64,000 nt of DNA from Camelus ferus (lineage: Eukaryota), in contig NC_045696.1 of the NCBI RefSeq assembly GCF_009834535.1, positions 42,286,001 through 42,350,000 of the forward strand. Direction: 5' to 3'. Every line of letters begins with the position of its first letter. Position 1 is the first letter of the stretch. The translations under genes and the position numbers were made by a program. Positions 13,104 through 25,322 of this stretch are shown here, in pieces. Below the pieces are notes generated by a model. That model saw nothing but the letters and a program-made list of their open reading frames with translations, had not been told where the DNA came from and made no database searches.

Positions 13104-13844
13104 ACCTGGGTGTATTTTCAGATCATAACCATCAGTATATTTTTGGAACACTAGTTTCACAAGATGACTTTTGAACATTGCACTGGCCTTAATGACATTT
13201 CCTTTCTTGAAGATTCATAATACTATTATCGTATTAAAGATTCTAGAAAGTCCTAAAGTAAAGAGATACTTGAATTTTGAGCCAGACTTTCTCCAGCTTC
13301 ACTTGACCATGAAGTCCTTTTTTTCTGGTGATGATAAAAAAAATCTCAGATCTATAAGTAAAAATATTTAGGAAATGCTGCATTAGATAATTTTTCTGAA
13401 AGATTTGGATGTCTACAATAGCGTAATGTACAGAGATGTACAGAGGAATGTGGAAATGTAGGCTGATGCTAGTTTCAAAATTTTTACTGGGTTCTTTAAG
13501 CTTAGCTTAGTCATTTCCACTTCATGAAGCCATGATTTGCTGAAGCACAATTAGGCCACCAAGCTACAAGTAGCCAACAATAGAGGAGCTTACTAAGGCT
13601 TTAAAGTTTTTTTTTTTTTTTTTAACTGGAGTTTTTAAACTGGATTGCTCTTTTTCCTGAAGTAAATTCTATCAGGCAAATTCTATTTCTATTAAGCAAA
13701 TCAGTAAAGTTAGTTTATTCAAGCCAGTTCTATTAGGCAAATCAATAAAGTTATTTCTACCATCTTCTACTATTTGATTCTTGGTAAAGTGTGGACCAGA
13801 AGTGTATAGTTTGTTGAAGGGAGCATATGTTCATCCCAAGAAAA

Positions 13845-14055
13845 TTTTAAAATTGTAGAATAGATAAACAAGATTATACTGTAAAGCACAGGGAAATATA
13901 CACAAGATCTTATGGTAGCTCACAGCGAAAAAAATGTGACAATGAATATATATATATGTTCATGTATAACTGAAAAATTGTGCTCTACACTGTAATTTGA
14001 CACAACATTGTAAAATGATTATAAATCAATAAAAAATGTTAAAAAAAAGAAAAAA
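13845..14055 (+). mobile_element. Short 5'-truncated young L1 3' end (camelid L1_Vpa-like)
   Basis: gcacagggaaatatacacaagatcttatggtagctcacagcg...ttgacacaacattgtaaaatgattataaatcaataaaa followed by an A-rich tail. Confidence 0.85.
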
Positions 14056-14854
14056 GCAGAAATGAAGAAAATATTCTTCAGACATCTGAGGATTCCAATC
14101 TTTGGTGCTATTTGCAAAAGGCAGCAAGCAACATTAAACATGATAAAGACTTTTGGTGCCTTAGATTACTCAGTGGATAGAAATTTGGAGCTATTTTGGT
14201 TAAAGCTAAGGGGAAAAGTTCTGAATTTCTTTGATATTTTCCTGATGTTAGAAAAGAAAGGTAGAGAAAGATACAGAGTTATTAATTAACATCAGCACAA
14301 GATATTTTATTTGATTAATGGTTCAGAGCTCAATTTTTATTAGGGCCAGATATGCTGGATAATTAAGTGCTCAGCAACATTATTACCAGGATGTCCTGCC
14401 AGGAAATTTGTTATCCTATAGACTGCTTTTGATCCTCCTTTCCCTCTGCCTTTCATCTTCCCCACCTCCTTTTTTTTTTTTTTTTAGCATAACTGATTTT
14501 TTAAAAAACCTAACTATGACTTCAAGAAACAAAAATAAACACCAAAGAACTGGTCTACTGGGATGTCTGAAATCTTGATGAAAGACACAATGCAAATAAC
14601 TTTAGTGTGTTTGAAGTTAAAACCACAGATACCTTTTCCAGGTTATGCTGTACATGTATAGCTTTCTGACTTACTCAGCAGAGAACATCACACAACAGTG
14701 ATCTGGAGTAGTGTGGATTAAATCACATGGCATGGACTCATGGTCTAGATAATGAAAATTCCCTTTCTTCCCCTGTTTGTCATTTCAGGCAAACATCTAG
14801 TTTGGAGCTCAGCTATGTGAGAGTCACTATAGCCTTAAAAGATGATTTTCCTTT

Positions 14855-15165
14855 AGAACTTGTAGTATAGAAATGTTTTAGCACACAAGAGCGTAGAGAA
14901 TAGTATAATGAACTTGTATATACTGATCAGTCACCTCAATAATTATCAACATTTTTTCCAGTCTTGTTATGTCTCTCCATTCCTTCTTTTTCCTCTTGAA
15001 TACTTCAGAGCAAATCCCAGAAATCATGTCATTTTGCAGCATGCATCTCTTACTGATAAGGCTTTTTATATTTCACAATAAGCATGCCATTACTCAATCT
15101 GATAAAATTGAAAATAATTCCTTAACATCATCTAATACTGAGCCCATATAAATATTCTTCTATTA
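14855..15165 (-). mobile_element. Old L1 (L1MC-type) 3' end fragment
   Basis: tagagaatagtataatgaac...gcaaatcccagaaatcatgtcattt...aataattccttaacatcatctaatac. Confidence 0.7.
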
Positions 15166-15619
15166 TCCTCCCAATTTTTACCCTGACCTAGCCCTAGGTC
15201 ATCTCTAACCTCTCTGGGATTCTCATTTCTAGGAATGAGTAGATCGATAAAGGGGGCAAGTCTTTGCTCTTTTTATCAGTCCAAAGCACCAACTTAAATC
15301 CATCATTTCCAAGTTTCCCTAATTCTGAATTCTGCTGCCACTACTTAGGGCAGTGTTTCAGTATCTAAGAAGTGAGAGCAAGGCCAAGCTATTTTTGTGA
15401 TAATCCAGAGATGAGACTCTAGAATTTATTCTGCCTAGAGTCTCCGTCCCAAGCCCTCTGGGAGGCAGGTGAACAGGAAGCAGACTTAGCTGTTGGTTAA
15501 AAAGCAAGATTTCCTCAAGAGGAGTAAAGTGTTTTCTTTTCACTAAGAGATATGCCTGTTTACATTTTTAAGAAATCTATAGTAGCCTTAGTTGTAGTGG
15601 GTTACTAGTCTATGCCTTC

Positions 15620-15860
15620 AATAAAATCTTATTTAGTGTCAATTGCGGGTAAGGCATTGTGCTAGTAAGGAAAATAAAAGACGTAAAGCAAAAAGCACTG
15701 CCCAGAAAATAAAGTGCAGTGGGACTTCAGAAGCAAACTATTTTTTTACCTGGGTAGTTGACAGACAAAAGGAACAGTTGACTAGAACCTTAAAAGCCTT
15801 CTAGAATTTGAACAATTGGAAAGGAGGAAAGGCCGAAGCAAAACATGTGAAGCAAATAAT
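15620..15860 (-). mobile_element. LINE-2 fragment
   Basis: Antisense L2 3' motifs (ggcattgtgctag...agaaccttaaaag). Confidence 0.5.
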
Positions 15861-16609
15861 AAGGAGATCAGTCTGGTGAACATGACACTCTTCAGGCCAA
15901 ACATCATGAAATATCGTGACTAGCCATGCAGCTAGGTATAGACATTACATAACCACCCAGTGAGCAGACATTCCGGTAACTGCTATCAGTCACTGCTGCC
16001 AGGAACTACTAATCAGGCAGCGTGTTTAGGATGTCAAGACGATGATTGTTAATATGAGACCAACCAAGAAAACTGGTGCATGGTAGAGGCATCTGGTCCA
16101 ATGTGATACAATATTTAATCCAACTGGATAATATTTTACCTCCAAATCCAACCCAGTGGCTGGGTCAATAGGCAAACAACTGTTAGTGTTCATTTGTGAA
16201 GAATTTTTTGGCAACTTCAGGAGGCTTGGGAAGAGCAGGGTCCATTAAATGAAGCTTTTTTTTGCTGTGGGGCTGGATCTTCCTTAGACCTTTCATGTGG
16301 CAGTCTCATATGAGTTTTTGCTTTTTTTCTAAACTCAAAGCACTAAAACTATGTCATTAACATAGAAATATAAAAATCTTCTTGACCCCCAACCCCAAGC
16401 TTACAATTGACACATCTTTTAGCTAAAGAATAAATTCAAGTGATGGTAACATTTGCTGATTTAGGTTTGCTCTGCTGCATTCAGCACTGAGCTTAAATGT
16501 CCCGGCTCAGAGAAAGACTAGTCCAACATTCTAGTCCAGGCCATGTGCTTTATGGGGCCTGAGGAAAGGCTTTTCTTTTATTCCTCAACATTAGCTGGAA
16601 ATGTATTTT

Positions 16610-16830
16610 CAGCTAACGTTTGTCATGTGTTTATTAAGTACAGGGCCCCATGTCTGGTGTATCATAAGCATTATTGATTTAATCTTCACAACAACTCTTT
16701 GATGGAGGTTAATGTACTTATCTCCATCTCAGTTATGAGGAAACTGGGGATTTGAGAGGATTAGTAATTTATACCAGGTCACATAGCTAATAAGTGGCAG
16801 GGCTGGTTTTTGAGTCCTGCTAGTCTGCTA
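16610..16830 (-). mobile_element. MIR SINE
   Basis: Antisense MIR core: tttaatcttcacaacaact...atgaggaaactg...ggtcacatagctaataagtggcag. Confidence 0.85.
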
Positions 16831-17149
16831 CGGCAGGCCGTGGGCACCTGAGCAGGGATGGAGGCTGTGTGTTGTGATGGGAAGCAGGCGAGACGAGGCT
16901 ATCACTTTCCTCTGCTCCTCTGTCTCTTCAGTTTCCACCCTGCTCTTCTTCCTGCTTCCTCATTTCTTGATATTTCTTATCACAACTCCTCAATTTCCCT
17001 GTTCCTTGTATATAGTTCTTTTTTTTTCTATTTATATATTAATTTATTTTCTCTTTCACTCATTGATTTACCTCTAAGATAGTAGGCCTTGTCTGCTAGG
17101 TAATTACAAGGAGAGCTAGCAAATGAATGAATGAATGAATACAGTACAC

Positions 17150-17560
17150 TGTAGGGAATGCTGGATTACGATTGCTTTGAGGGCACAAAGAAGGAAAAAT
17201 ATAAAAATTTGAGGCCTAGGAGATAATACTTGAGTTGTGTCTTGAAGGAAGAGAAATTGGACAGATGAAGGAGTAGGAAGAGCTTTCCAGGCAGACACAC
17301 TATCATTTCTATAGTCACTGAGTTGGGGCGATAGCTGGACACAGCTGAGATCCATTGGTCACTGGGGATGGCTGGAATGAATGCAGAGTGTTTCCTGGGA
17401 GTGTTGTGAGATGAAGCCAGAAAGGCAGGGGCCAGCCCATGAAGTGCTTGAGTGCTGAATTAAGGAGTTTGAATGTTAGCCTGAAAGTTACAGGAAGTCA
17501 TTGAAAGGATTTAAATTATGGAAATGCATGACTTTGAATTTTAAAAACAGCATTCTGGTA
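17150..17560 (-). mobile_element. LINE-2 fragment
   Basis: gagatgaagccagaaaggcaggggccagcccatgaagtgcttgagtgctgaattaaggagtttgaat...; preceded by a (GAAT)n L2-type tail at ~17122-17140. Confidence 0.75.
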
Positions 17561-18264
17561 ATCATCCCATGCATAGTCAATTTCTGTGCCTCTAAAAGGA
17601 GGACTTAAGTTTGACCAAGATTGTACACTACCTTCCTTGAGAGACTTGAACACCTTCATCACCTTGTGTTCTTGCCTGATGGAGGAGCTGAGCCTTCCAT
17701 CCTACTTTCTGATCTTGTTCAGCTGGGTGCAAGGCAGTTTTCATAAATTGGTCCTTAAAGAGAAGATTTACTGTTGTAACCACAAGAGTCCACTTGTTAG
17801 GCACGAGATGCTCAGGTTTTACAGGGATATTCAAATCCTGCTTCCTCTCAGAACTCTCCCCACCCACATTCTCATGTCTCTCTGGGTTCTGGGCTACTGA
17901 ATTACTGTATCTTTTTTTTTCTCTGCTGTTACTCCTAAAATCTGGGGGAGTTCAGGTGACCCCTTGTGCAGAGAGCAAATCCATTGAGGCAAGTGGGAGG
18001 TGTGATGTTGGGGCAGGAGCAGCAGCTGGCATCAAACAAGCTGCATCCAACAGACAATTTGAGTGGCTTTAGCTAAAGTACAACTGTAGGAAGCTTAGAG
18101 CAATGACGGTCAAAAGTTTTTGCTTACATACCTCTTAAAATACTTGTGTAGAACTAGGTACCTCATCATGCAGTTGAAGTTGATAGCCACAGTTTTTCTT
18201 TACAGGTTTGAGTAGTTGCAAATGTAATTTCTGGTGCGTTCTACCTACTGACATTTTAAGCTAT

Positions 18265-20822
18265 TACAGTTTTAGCAATCTATTTTAAGATAACTTAATT
18301 TCAGATGCATACAAAAGCACTACATCTTTATTCTCCCCTCCCCATATTTTATGTGTTTGGTATCACAATTTACATCTTTTGTATTGTGTATTCACTGACA
18401 AATTATTATGATTACAGTTAATACTTTTATCTTTTGACTTTTATACTAGAGTGTTAAGTAATTTATCCAGTACCATTATAATCTTTGGGTATTCTGAATT
18501 TAACTATATATTTACCTTTACCAGTGAGTTTTATACTTTCATGTGCTTTCATGTTACTAATTACCTTTCATTTCAGCTTGAAGAACTTCCTTTTACCATT
18601 TTTTTGTAAGGCAGGTCTAGTGGTGCTGAACTCCTTCAGCTTTTGCTTGTTTTGAAAACTCATTATTTCTCTTTCAATACTTGAGAACTATTTTTGCCAC
18701 CTTGAGTGTTCTTGGTGGGCAGTTTTTTCTTCCAGCACTTTGAATGTATTGTGGCACTCCTTAGTGGCCTGCAAAGTTTCTGCTGAAAAATCTAAGGGTA
18801 GGTTATGGGGGGTTCCCTTGTACTTAACAAATGATTTTTCTCATGTTGTTTTGAAGATTCTCTTTTTGTCTTTAACTTTTGACAATTTAATTATGATGTG
18901 TCTTGGTGTGAGTCTCTTTAGAGTCATCTTTTTTGGTACTTTTGGGCATCCTGGATCTTCTTTTGTTTGATATCACAATTTACATCTTTTGTAAATTCTT
19001 TTGTTTCTTTTCCCCAGGTTAGGGAAGTTTTTGGACTTTTTTTTTTTTTTTTTTTTTTTGAATACGCTTTCTGCCCCTTTCTCTCTCTCTTCTTCTGGGA
19101 GAGGAGTGTATTGATCCAGTTGACATTGTCCCACTGATGTTGTCTCATAAGTCCTTTAAGCTATCTTCACTCTTTTCATTGTGTTTTTTTTTTTTTTTTT
19201 CCTCCTCTGACTAGATGAATTCCACTGCCCTATCTTTGGACTCATTGATCTTCTCTTGCACTGATCTGGTCTGCTGTTGAATCCTTCTATTGAGTTTTTC
19301 AGTTCAGTTATTGTCTTTTCAGCTTGATGGTATCTTTTGGTACATTTTTACATTTTCTGTCTCTGTTGAAATTCTTAATGTGTTCATTCGTGCTCTTCTG
19401 ACCCTAGTGAGTATCTTTATGACCATTACTTTAAACTCTCTAATGGGTAAATCACATCTCTGTTTCATTATGATTGATTTCTAGAGATTTATCTTGTTCT
19501 TTTGCTTGGAACATATTTCTTTGTTTCTTCATTTTCTTTGACTCTCTCTGTTGACTTCTGTGCATTAGATAAAACAGCCACCTCTCCCAGTCTTGATAGA
19601 CTGGTCTTGTGTAGCAGATTAACCTCATCAATTAGCCCAGACTAAACTCCTGGTTATCTATCAAATTGTTGTGATGGTCCAGGCCTTCATCTTTGTTCTT
19701 AGTGGTTCCCAGCAGTAGAGGGTGTGCCAAGAAGCATTAGTGCCCCAAAGGGGAGGCTCACAGTTAGCACCTTGATGAAGGCTGATTAGAAACCAAACCC
19801 TCAAGTAGCAGCTTAGACTCTGGGAGTTGGGCATTTTTGCATGTTCCCTCTGCACTGAGTCTGAGTTTATAGTTGCTGAAGGTGCATCTGCTTAAAGACT
19901 GCTTTTGTTTGCTGTAATCCTGTGGAACTCATGAATGTAAGCCCTGTTGGCTATCAAAGCAAGGTGTTTTGAGAGCCGGATCCTCAGGTGAAAGCTATAA
20001 AAGTTGAAGTAATAGATATGTGTACAAACTCCTTCCAGGGAGGTACCAGTGACTTGGTTTTTAGTTGGAGGGAGGAGGAGGGAGAAGGTGGAGAAAGTGC
20101 CCCCTGGCTCTTTTGGACTCCAGGGAAGGTCATGGATCAACATGTAGATATGTGCTAATTAGAAGCTGGACTCTCAAGCAGCAGCTTGTGAAATATGCAG
20201 TCAGACCCCTCCCAGTGAAAGACTGGGAGATAGGCATTTTGCCTGTTCCTTTTGTGCTGAGCCCTGGAGGGGTACCCACTGTGAAGCATGCCCATTAAAA
20301 ACTGCTTCTTTGTTTGCTCTAGTCCTGTGGATTTCATGACTCAAACCCTGTTGGCTTTCAGAGCTAAATGTTGTGAGGACACATTTCTCACATGGTAATT
20401 ATATAGCTCAAGTGGTAGGGTGCATGCTTGGCATGCATGAGGTCCTGGGTTCAATCTCCAGTACCTCCTCTAAAAAAGTAAATGAATAAACCTGATTACC
20501 TCCCGCCAAAAGTAAGAGGAAAAGAAGTCAAGGGACTAGAGGTATGGTCCAAACCCTTTCTTCTTCAGGGAGAAGTTAGGAGTTGAGAGTTCCTTCCCAA
20601 TTGTATGGCACTATTTTGGGGGTGAGGTTTATGGTAAGAGTGTGTCTCTGCTTTTCCTTCTTGTTTCAATATGGATATTTTCTCTTTTGCCTAATGGGTA
20701 GGAGTCACTCAACTCGTTTCCGGGTTTCTCTCAGGGGGATGCTCCTTACACAGCTGTACATTCAGTGTTTCTGTGGGAGGAGGGATGTTCAGGGGCCTCC
20801 TCTGTCACCACTTTTGTCCCTT
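18265..20822 (-). mobile_element. Old LINE-1 5' half (5'UTR + ORF1 + inter-ORF spacer), no ORF2
   Basis: Antisense ORF1 motifs (gtaaggcaggtctagtggtgctgaactcc; ccccaggttagggaagttt), spacer at ~18270-18560, repeated 5'UTR modules, 5'-terminal-like ctctgtcaccacttttg at ~20800-20818. Confidence 0.85.
20401..20520 (+). mobile_element. tRNA-derived camelid SINE (Vic-1-like) nested in an L1 5'UTR
   Basis: A box tagctcaagtgg, B box ggttcaatctcc, body gcatgcttggcatgcatgaggtcctgg...agtacctcc, tail aataaacctgattacctccc. Confidence 0.85.
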
Positions 20823-20829
20823 CCTGTTA

Positions 20830-21180
20830 TTTTGTTAGCTTCTTGAACTTACAGTTCTAGTCCACTCTTCTTTCCTAATTTTATCCTAATATACTGTCTT
20901 ATTTTTGAAAATCTTGTCTTAATTATCTTATCCCACTTTTCTGTTACAGAAATATAGACTGAAACTTAAATTGTTTTTAAAGTTTCCCATGACTATAAGA
21001 CTTAAATGCAAAAAATAACTAGCATACTAATGACCAAAAGATTAATTTTAAACATAATCATTCGACATAAAGGTAGAATCTTGTTGGAAATGAATCTCTC
21101 ACGGAGCTGGGTAGCTGCTATTTGTTTCGCCTCAGCTGGTTTACGTGTCTGTAGATGATCATGGATATTTTCTAGAATGA
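20830..21180. mobile_element. Probable hAT/Charlie DNA transposon remnant (may continue at ~18110-18260)
   Basis: AT-rich sequence resembling Charlie internal region on both sides of the L1; family not certain. Confidence 0.35.
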
Positions 21181-21559
21181 GCTAGAGTTCAGCATTTATT
21201 TAATTCCAATTTTTCATTTTAATAAATGTAAGTATTGCAAATATTTGTTTATATAAAAACACCTGGCAATGGAAGCAGTTTCATTACAGATGGTTAGAGG
21301 AGGGGGAAATGTCCAGCTTTGGGAGTCATGGCATCTCCTTCAGTTTCTGACATAAAAATGACATGTTTTTGGACAAATCACTCATTAGATCTTGGTTTCC
21401 TCATCTATAAAATTAAGTGGCATAAAGTTTTAAATGTCTGTATAGCTCTATCATTCCATAATCACAACTTTAAAAGGCAGATTGAAACCATTTAGACATA
21501 TTAGATAGGCAGTATATGTATAAATAAGCATAAGTAAACGAAATTGATATGAATATGAG

Positions 21560-22960
21560 GTGAATGCTTGCTATCAAGGTGATTATCATCAAACTGGATA
21601 GCAAATAATATTACATCAGGATTAAGTCAAGATTGCATGTGATTAAATGCTAAGTGCTGTGATACAGACAAGTTATTAAAAATTCAAAGATGGGTCTGTT
21701 AGTTGGGGCTGAACTCTGAAGGAAAGACTTCATGGAGAAGGTACAGTCTGAAGAGGACTTTGATGGTCTGTGTGACAGAACCACATGAAAGAAGGCATAG
21801 AGGACCCGCAGGCCACAGCAGCATGGGCTAGTGGTGTAAGGTGACTGGGGGGCATTTTGCTTGCTAAAGGAAGGAGGGGCTGAGGCAATACAGATAGCAC
21901 AGCCAGATTAATAAGGTACCTGTAAGCCATTAGAGACAATTTACAGTCAATTCTAATTATCTGTGGTCAATATGTTCTATAAAGTCACCGTGAACACTGA
22001 ATTAGCAAATACTGAACTGTTTCCCATAGAGGAAATAGAATGTTAAGTTCCAGTGAGCCTCTGTTCACAATATTTCCTTCATAATCTTTTTTTGTGTGTA
22101 TGTTTCTGTTTAAAGACTTCATACTTAATACATACCGTTGATTCATTAACATTGGAATAATGGCCAACAGCATTATAGCTCATGCCTGGACAGAGATTAT
22201 CTAGCACATGTATTTTCTCCATAAGATGTCTCACAACCTTGTTGGGCTTAGGAACACTAGATAGCATTACAGCATTATGCTTGGGGAGCCCTTTCAAACA
22301 GCAAAGTCAACCAAAAATAGCACATAAATAAGAAAAACATGGGCACTAAATAGACTACAAAAAGACACTTCTTTATAGTTTAAGAGCTGAATCAAAAAGG
22401 CATAGTGTCACCTTTTCAAACTCAACTGGGAACATGCACACTAGGTGACTCAAATTTTTCTCTGCTTTATACATGTTCATGAATGATCTTGAAAGTATCT
22501 GAGTACTGATTGTGGGATTACAAATAGATTTTAGCAAGTAGGCAAATTTGCAAAGATGAAATCTGCAAATAATGACAATCAACTCCTTTATTGATGAGGT
22601 AGGCTTGTGGCCAGCCATTAATGAGATTTGAGCAGAGGAATGACACAATGAGTAATATTTAGGAAGCTCACTCAGTTATTCACTCACTGTGAAATAAATA
22701 TTAAAGGAGCCTCATTGTGTATCAGAAGTTGCATAAGATGCTTGGAATACAAATGAATGGTGCCTGCTCTTAAGGAACTTACATCTAAGCACAGGTAGCC
22801 TAAAGGAGAAGCCTAGCAGAAAAAAATGGAGCCACCAGAAATCTTGTTGCCAAATTCATTCTTGTGGTGATGAGGACCAGATCTGGCAAAGTAGCAATGG
22901 AAGTGGGAGGAAAGGTAAACGTAGAGAATGAAAGGTTTTCATTTTTGCTTGAATACTAGA
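21560..22960 (-). mobile_element. LINE-2 fragments split by the MER82 insertion
   Basis: Antisense L2 motifs at 21640-21940 and 22590-22960. Confidence 0.55.
21944..22585 (-). mobile_element. TcMar-Tigger non-autonomous element (MER82-like)
   Basis: TA-preceded TIR cagtcaattctaattatc with a matching degenerate right end, ~640 bp. ORF 22079..22297 resembles the CENP-B-like HTH N-terminus of Tigger transposase (EKIHVLDNL..GMSY..VG...NVNESTV). Confidence 0.85.
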
Positions 22961-23830
22961 GTGATAGAGACCACCACAGATGCCAAATTTAGGCTGAGGA
23001 AAGGTATGCTGAATCCATATCCTTATGTTCCAGCAAAGGATGTCTTTCTCAATGTAGGAAGCTTGCAGGGGGAAGTTGGTTCTCCTCTCCTCAGGACTGC
23101 TGTTTGCTTCAGCTGTTATCATCATTAAGCTCAGAATTATTAAAACTGCATTCTTTAAAATTAAGAATAAAATAAAACAAAACCAAAAGACTAAATTTAT
23201 CTTGAAGGTGGAACGTACATGTTTTCCAGATTCCAGAGATGATGTTGATTTCTTTTTGGACCAGTTCTGAAAAATTCAGTAACAAACTTTGTTGACCTCA
23301 TGTATTCACATTGCCCATGTGTGGTAACCTTGGTCAGCAGCAAAGAACTTAACTTATGTTAACCTTCCCTTGTAGGTGCATGGCTACCTTAATTATTTGT
23401 TTTCTATTTTCTGATGTTTTTTGAAAATAATTTCCCTTGTCTTTAGAGAAAGAAGTATTTCATGTCTAGTTTTACTAATTAATAACATCCTACTTTTGCT
23501 GCTTGGGAAAGACTTGATAGTTCTTTGGGGTCTGTTACTACTGGGTTGACTCCTGATACCACAATGAGCTTCTCCTCTTACAGTATCAAAGACCAGATGG
23601 GTATTAATTTTGAATCAAGTAAATCTATGAAATAATTATGCCTTCCCCTAGCACTCTGCTGAGAAAGATGGAGATGAGAAAGATGGATAAAGCTTTTATG
23701 TCTCATAACAGCTGACAGTTGTCAAAGCCTAAGGGATTCTCTAGACATTAAAATACCATTTAATGCTTCACCCTGAAGAAGCTTAACTCTCAACACTAAT
23801 GTAAAAAGTAGAGCAAGAAGAGGCAGCTTC

Positions 23831-25322
23831 TGTTTTCTTTTGAGAAATGTCTATTCAATTCCTTTGACCATTTTAGTTTTCTTCTTTTGAGTTGTGTGGG
23901 ATCCTTATATATGTTGAATATTAACCTCTTATCAGATATATGGTTAGCAAATATTTTCTGTCACTCCACAAGTTGCCTTTTCACTCTGTTGATTACTTCC
24001 TTTTCTGTGCAGAAGCTTTTTAGTTTGATGTAGTCCCACTTAACGTCTTTTTGCTTTTGTTGCCTGTGCTTTTAGTGTCATACCCATGAAATCACTGTCA
24101 AGACCCATGTCATGAACTTTCCACCTGTTTTCTTCTAAAAGTTTCAGAGATTCAAGCATTACATTTAAGTCTTTAATCCATTTAAAGTTGATTTTTGTGT
24201 GTAGTGTAAGATAAGGGTCCAATTTCATTCTTTTGCATATGGATATCCAGTTTTCCTGACACCATTTGTTGAAGAGATTATCCTTTCCACATTGTGTATT
24301 CTTGGCACCTTTGTCAAGGATCAGCTGACTTTATATGTTTGGATTTATTTCTTGGCTGTCTGTTCTGTTCCATTGATCTATATATGTCTATCTTTATGCC
24401 AATACCATACAATTTTCACTGTCATAGCTTATAATATATTTTGAACTTAGAAACTGTAATGCCTCCAGCTTTTTCTTCTTTTTAAAGATTGATTTGGTTA
24501 TTTGTGGTCCTTTGTGATTACAGATGAATTTGGGAATTATTTTTTTCTGTTTATGAAAAAATGCCATTGGAATTTAATACAAATCAAAACCACAATGAGC
24601 TATCACCTCACATGGTAATACAGTCAGGGTGGGTATTATGAAAAAAAAAAGCCAACAAGTATTGTCAAGGATGTGGAGAAATAGGAAATCATGCACACTT
24701 TTGGTGGGAATGAAAAATGGTGTAGCAGCTATGGAAAATAGGTTGCACAAAAATTAAAAATAGTGGTGCTATATGATACAGTAATACCACTTTTGGGTAT
24801 TTATTCAAAATAATTGAAATCAGGATCTCAAAGTGGTATTAGCACTCTCATGTTCATTGCAGCACTATTTGCAATGGAACAACTAAATTTCCATCAGTGG
24901 ATGAATAGATAAAGAAAATATGGTCTATACATGCAATGGAATATTACTCAGCATTAAAAAAAGAAGGAAATTTTGCAACGTGTAACAACATGGATGACTT
25001 AGCACATTATGCTAAGTGAAATAAGCCGGTCACAGAAAGAAAAATATGGCATGATTCCATGTATATGAGGTATCTAAAATAGTCAAACTCATAGAATCAA
25101 AGACTGGAATGGTGATTTCCAGGGTCTGGGTGGAGGGAGAAATGGGGAGTTTCTAATCAACAGGCATAAAGTTTCAGTTCAGCAGAATGAGTAAGTTCTA
25201 GAGATGCAATGTACAGCATTGTGCCTATAGTCAACAGGACTATCTTGTACGCTTAAAAATTTGTTAAGAGGGTAGGTCTCATGCTAAGTATTCTTACCGC
25301 AATAAAATAAAATTTGAAAAAA
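23831..25322 (+). mobile_element. 5'-inverted, truncated LINE-1 (L1MA10/L1MB-type 3' end)
   Basis: 23831-~24575 is antisense ORF2 (ORF 24040..24228 [23 protein letters not shown]). ~24576-25322 is the sense ORF2 end plus 3'UTR and A tail. Confidence 0.88.

Noticed and set aside
14440..14490. Pyrimidine tract plus AG resembling a splice acceptor
   Set aside because: No convincing downstream coding frame or donor; poly-T tracts are common here
20401..20470. tRNA-like A/B boxes as a tRNA gene
   Set aside because: SINE head followed by a SINE-specific tail; same family as the copy at 47303
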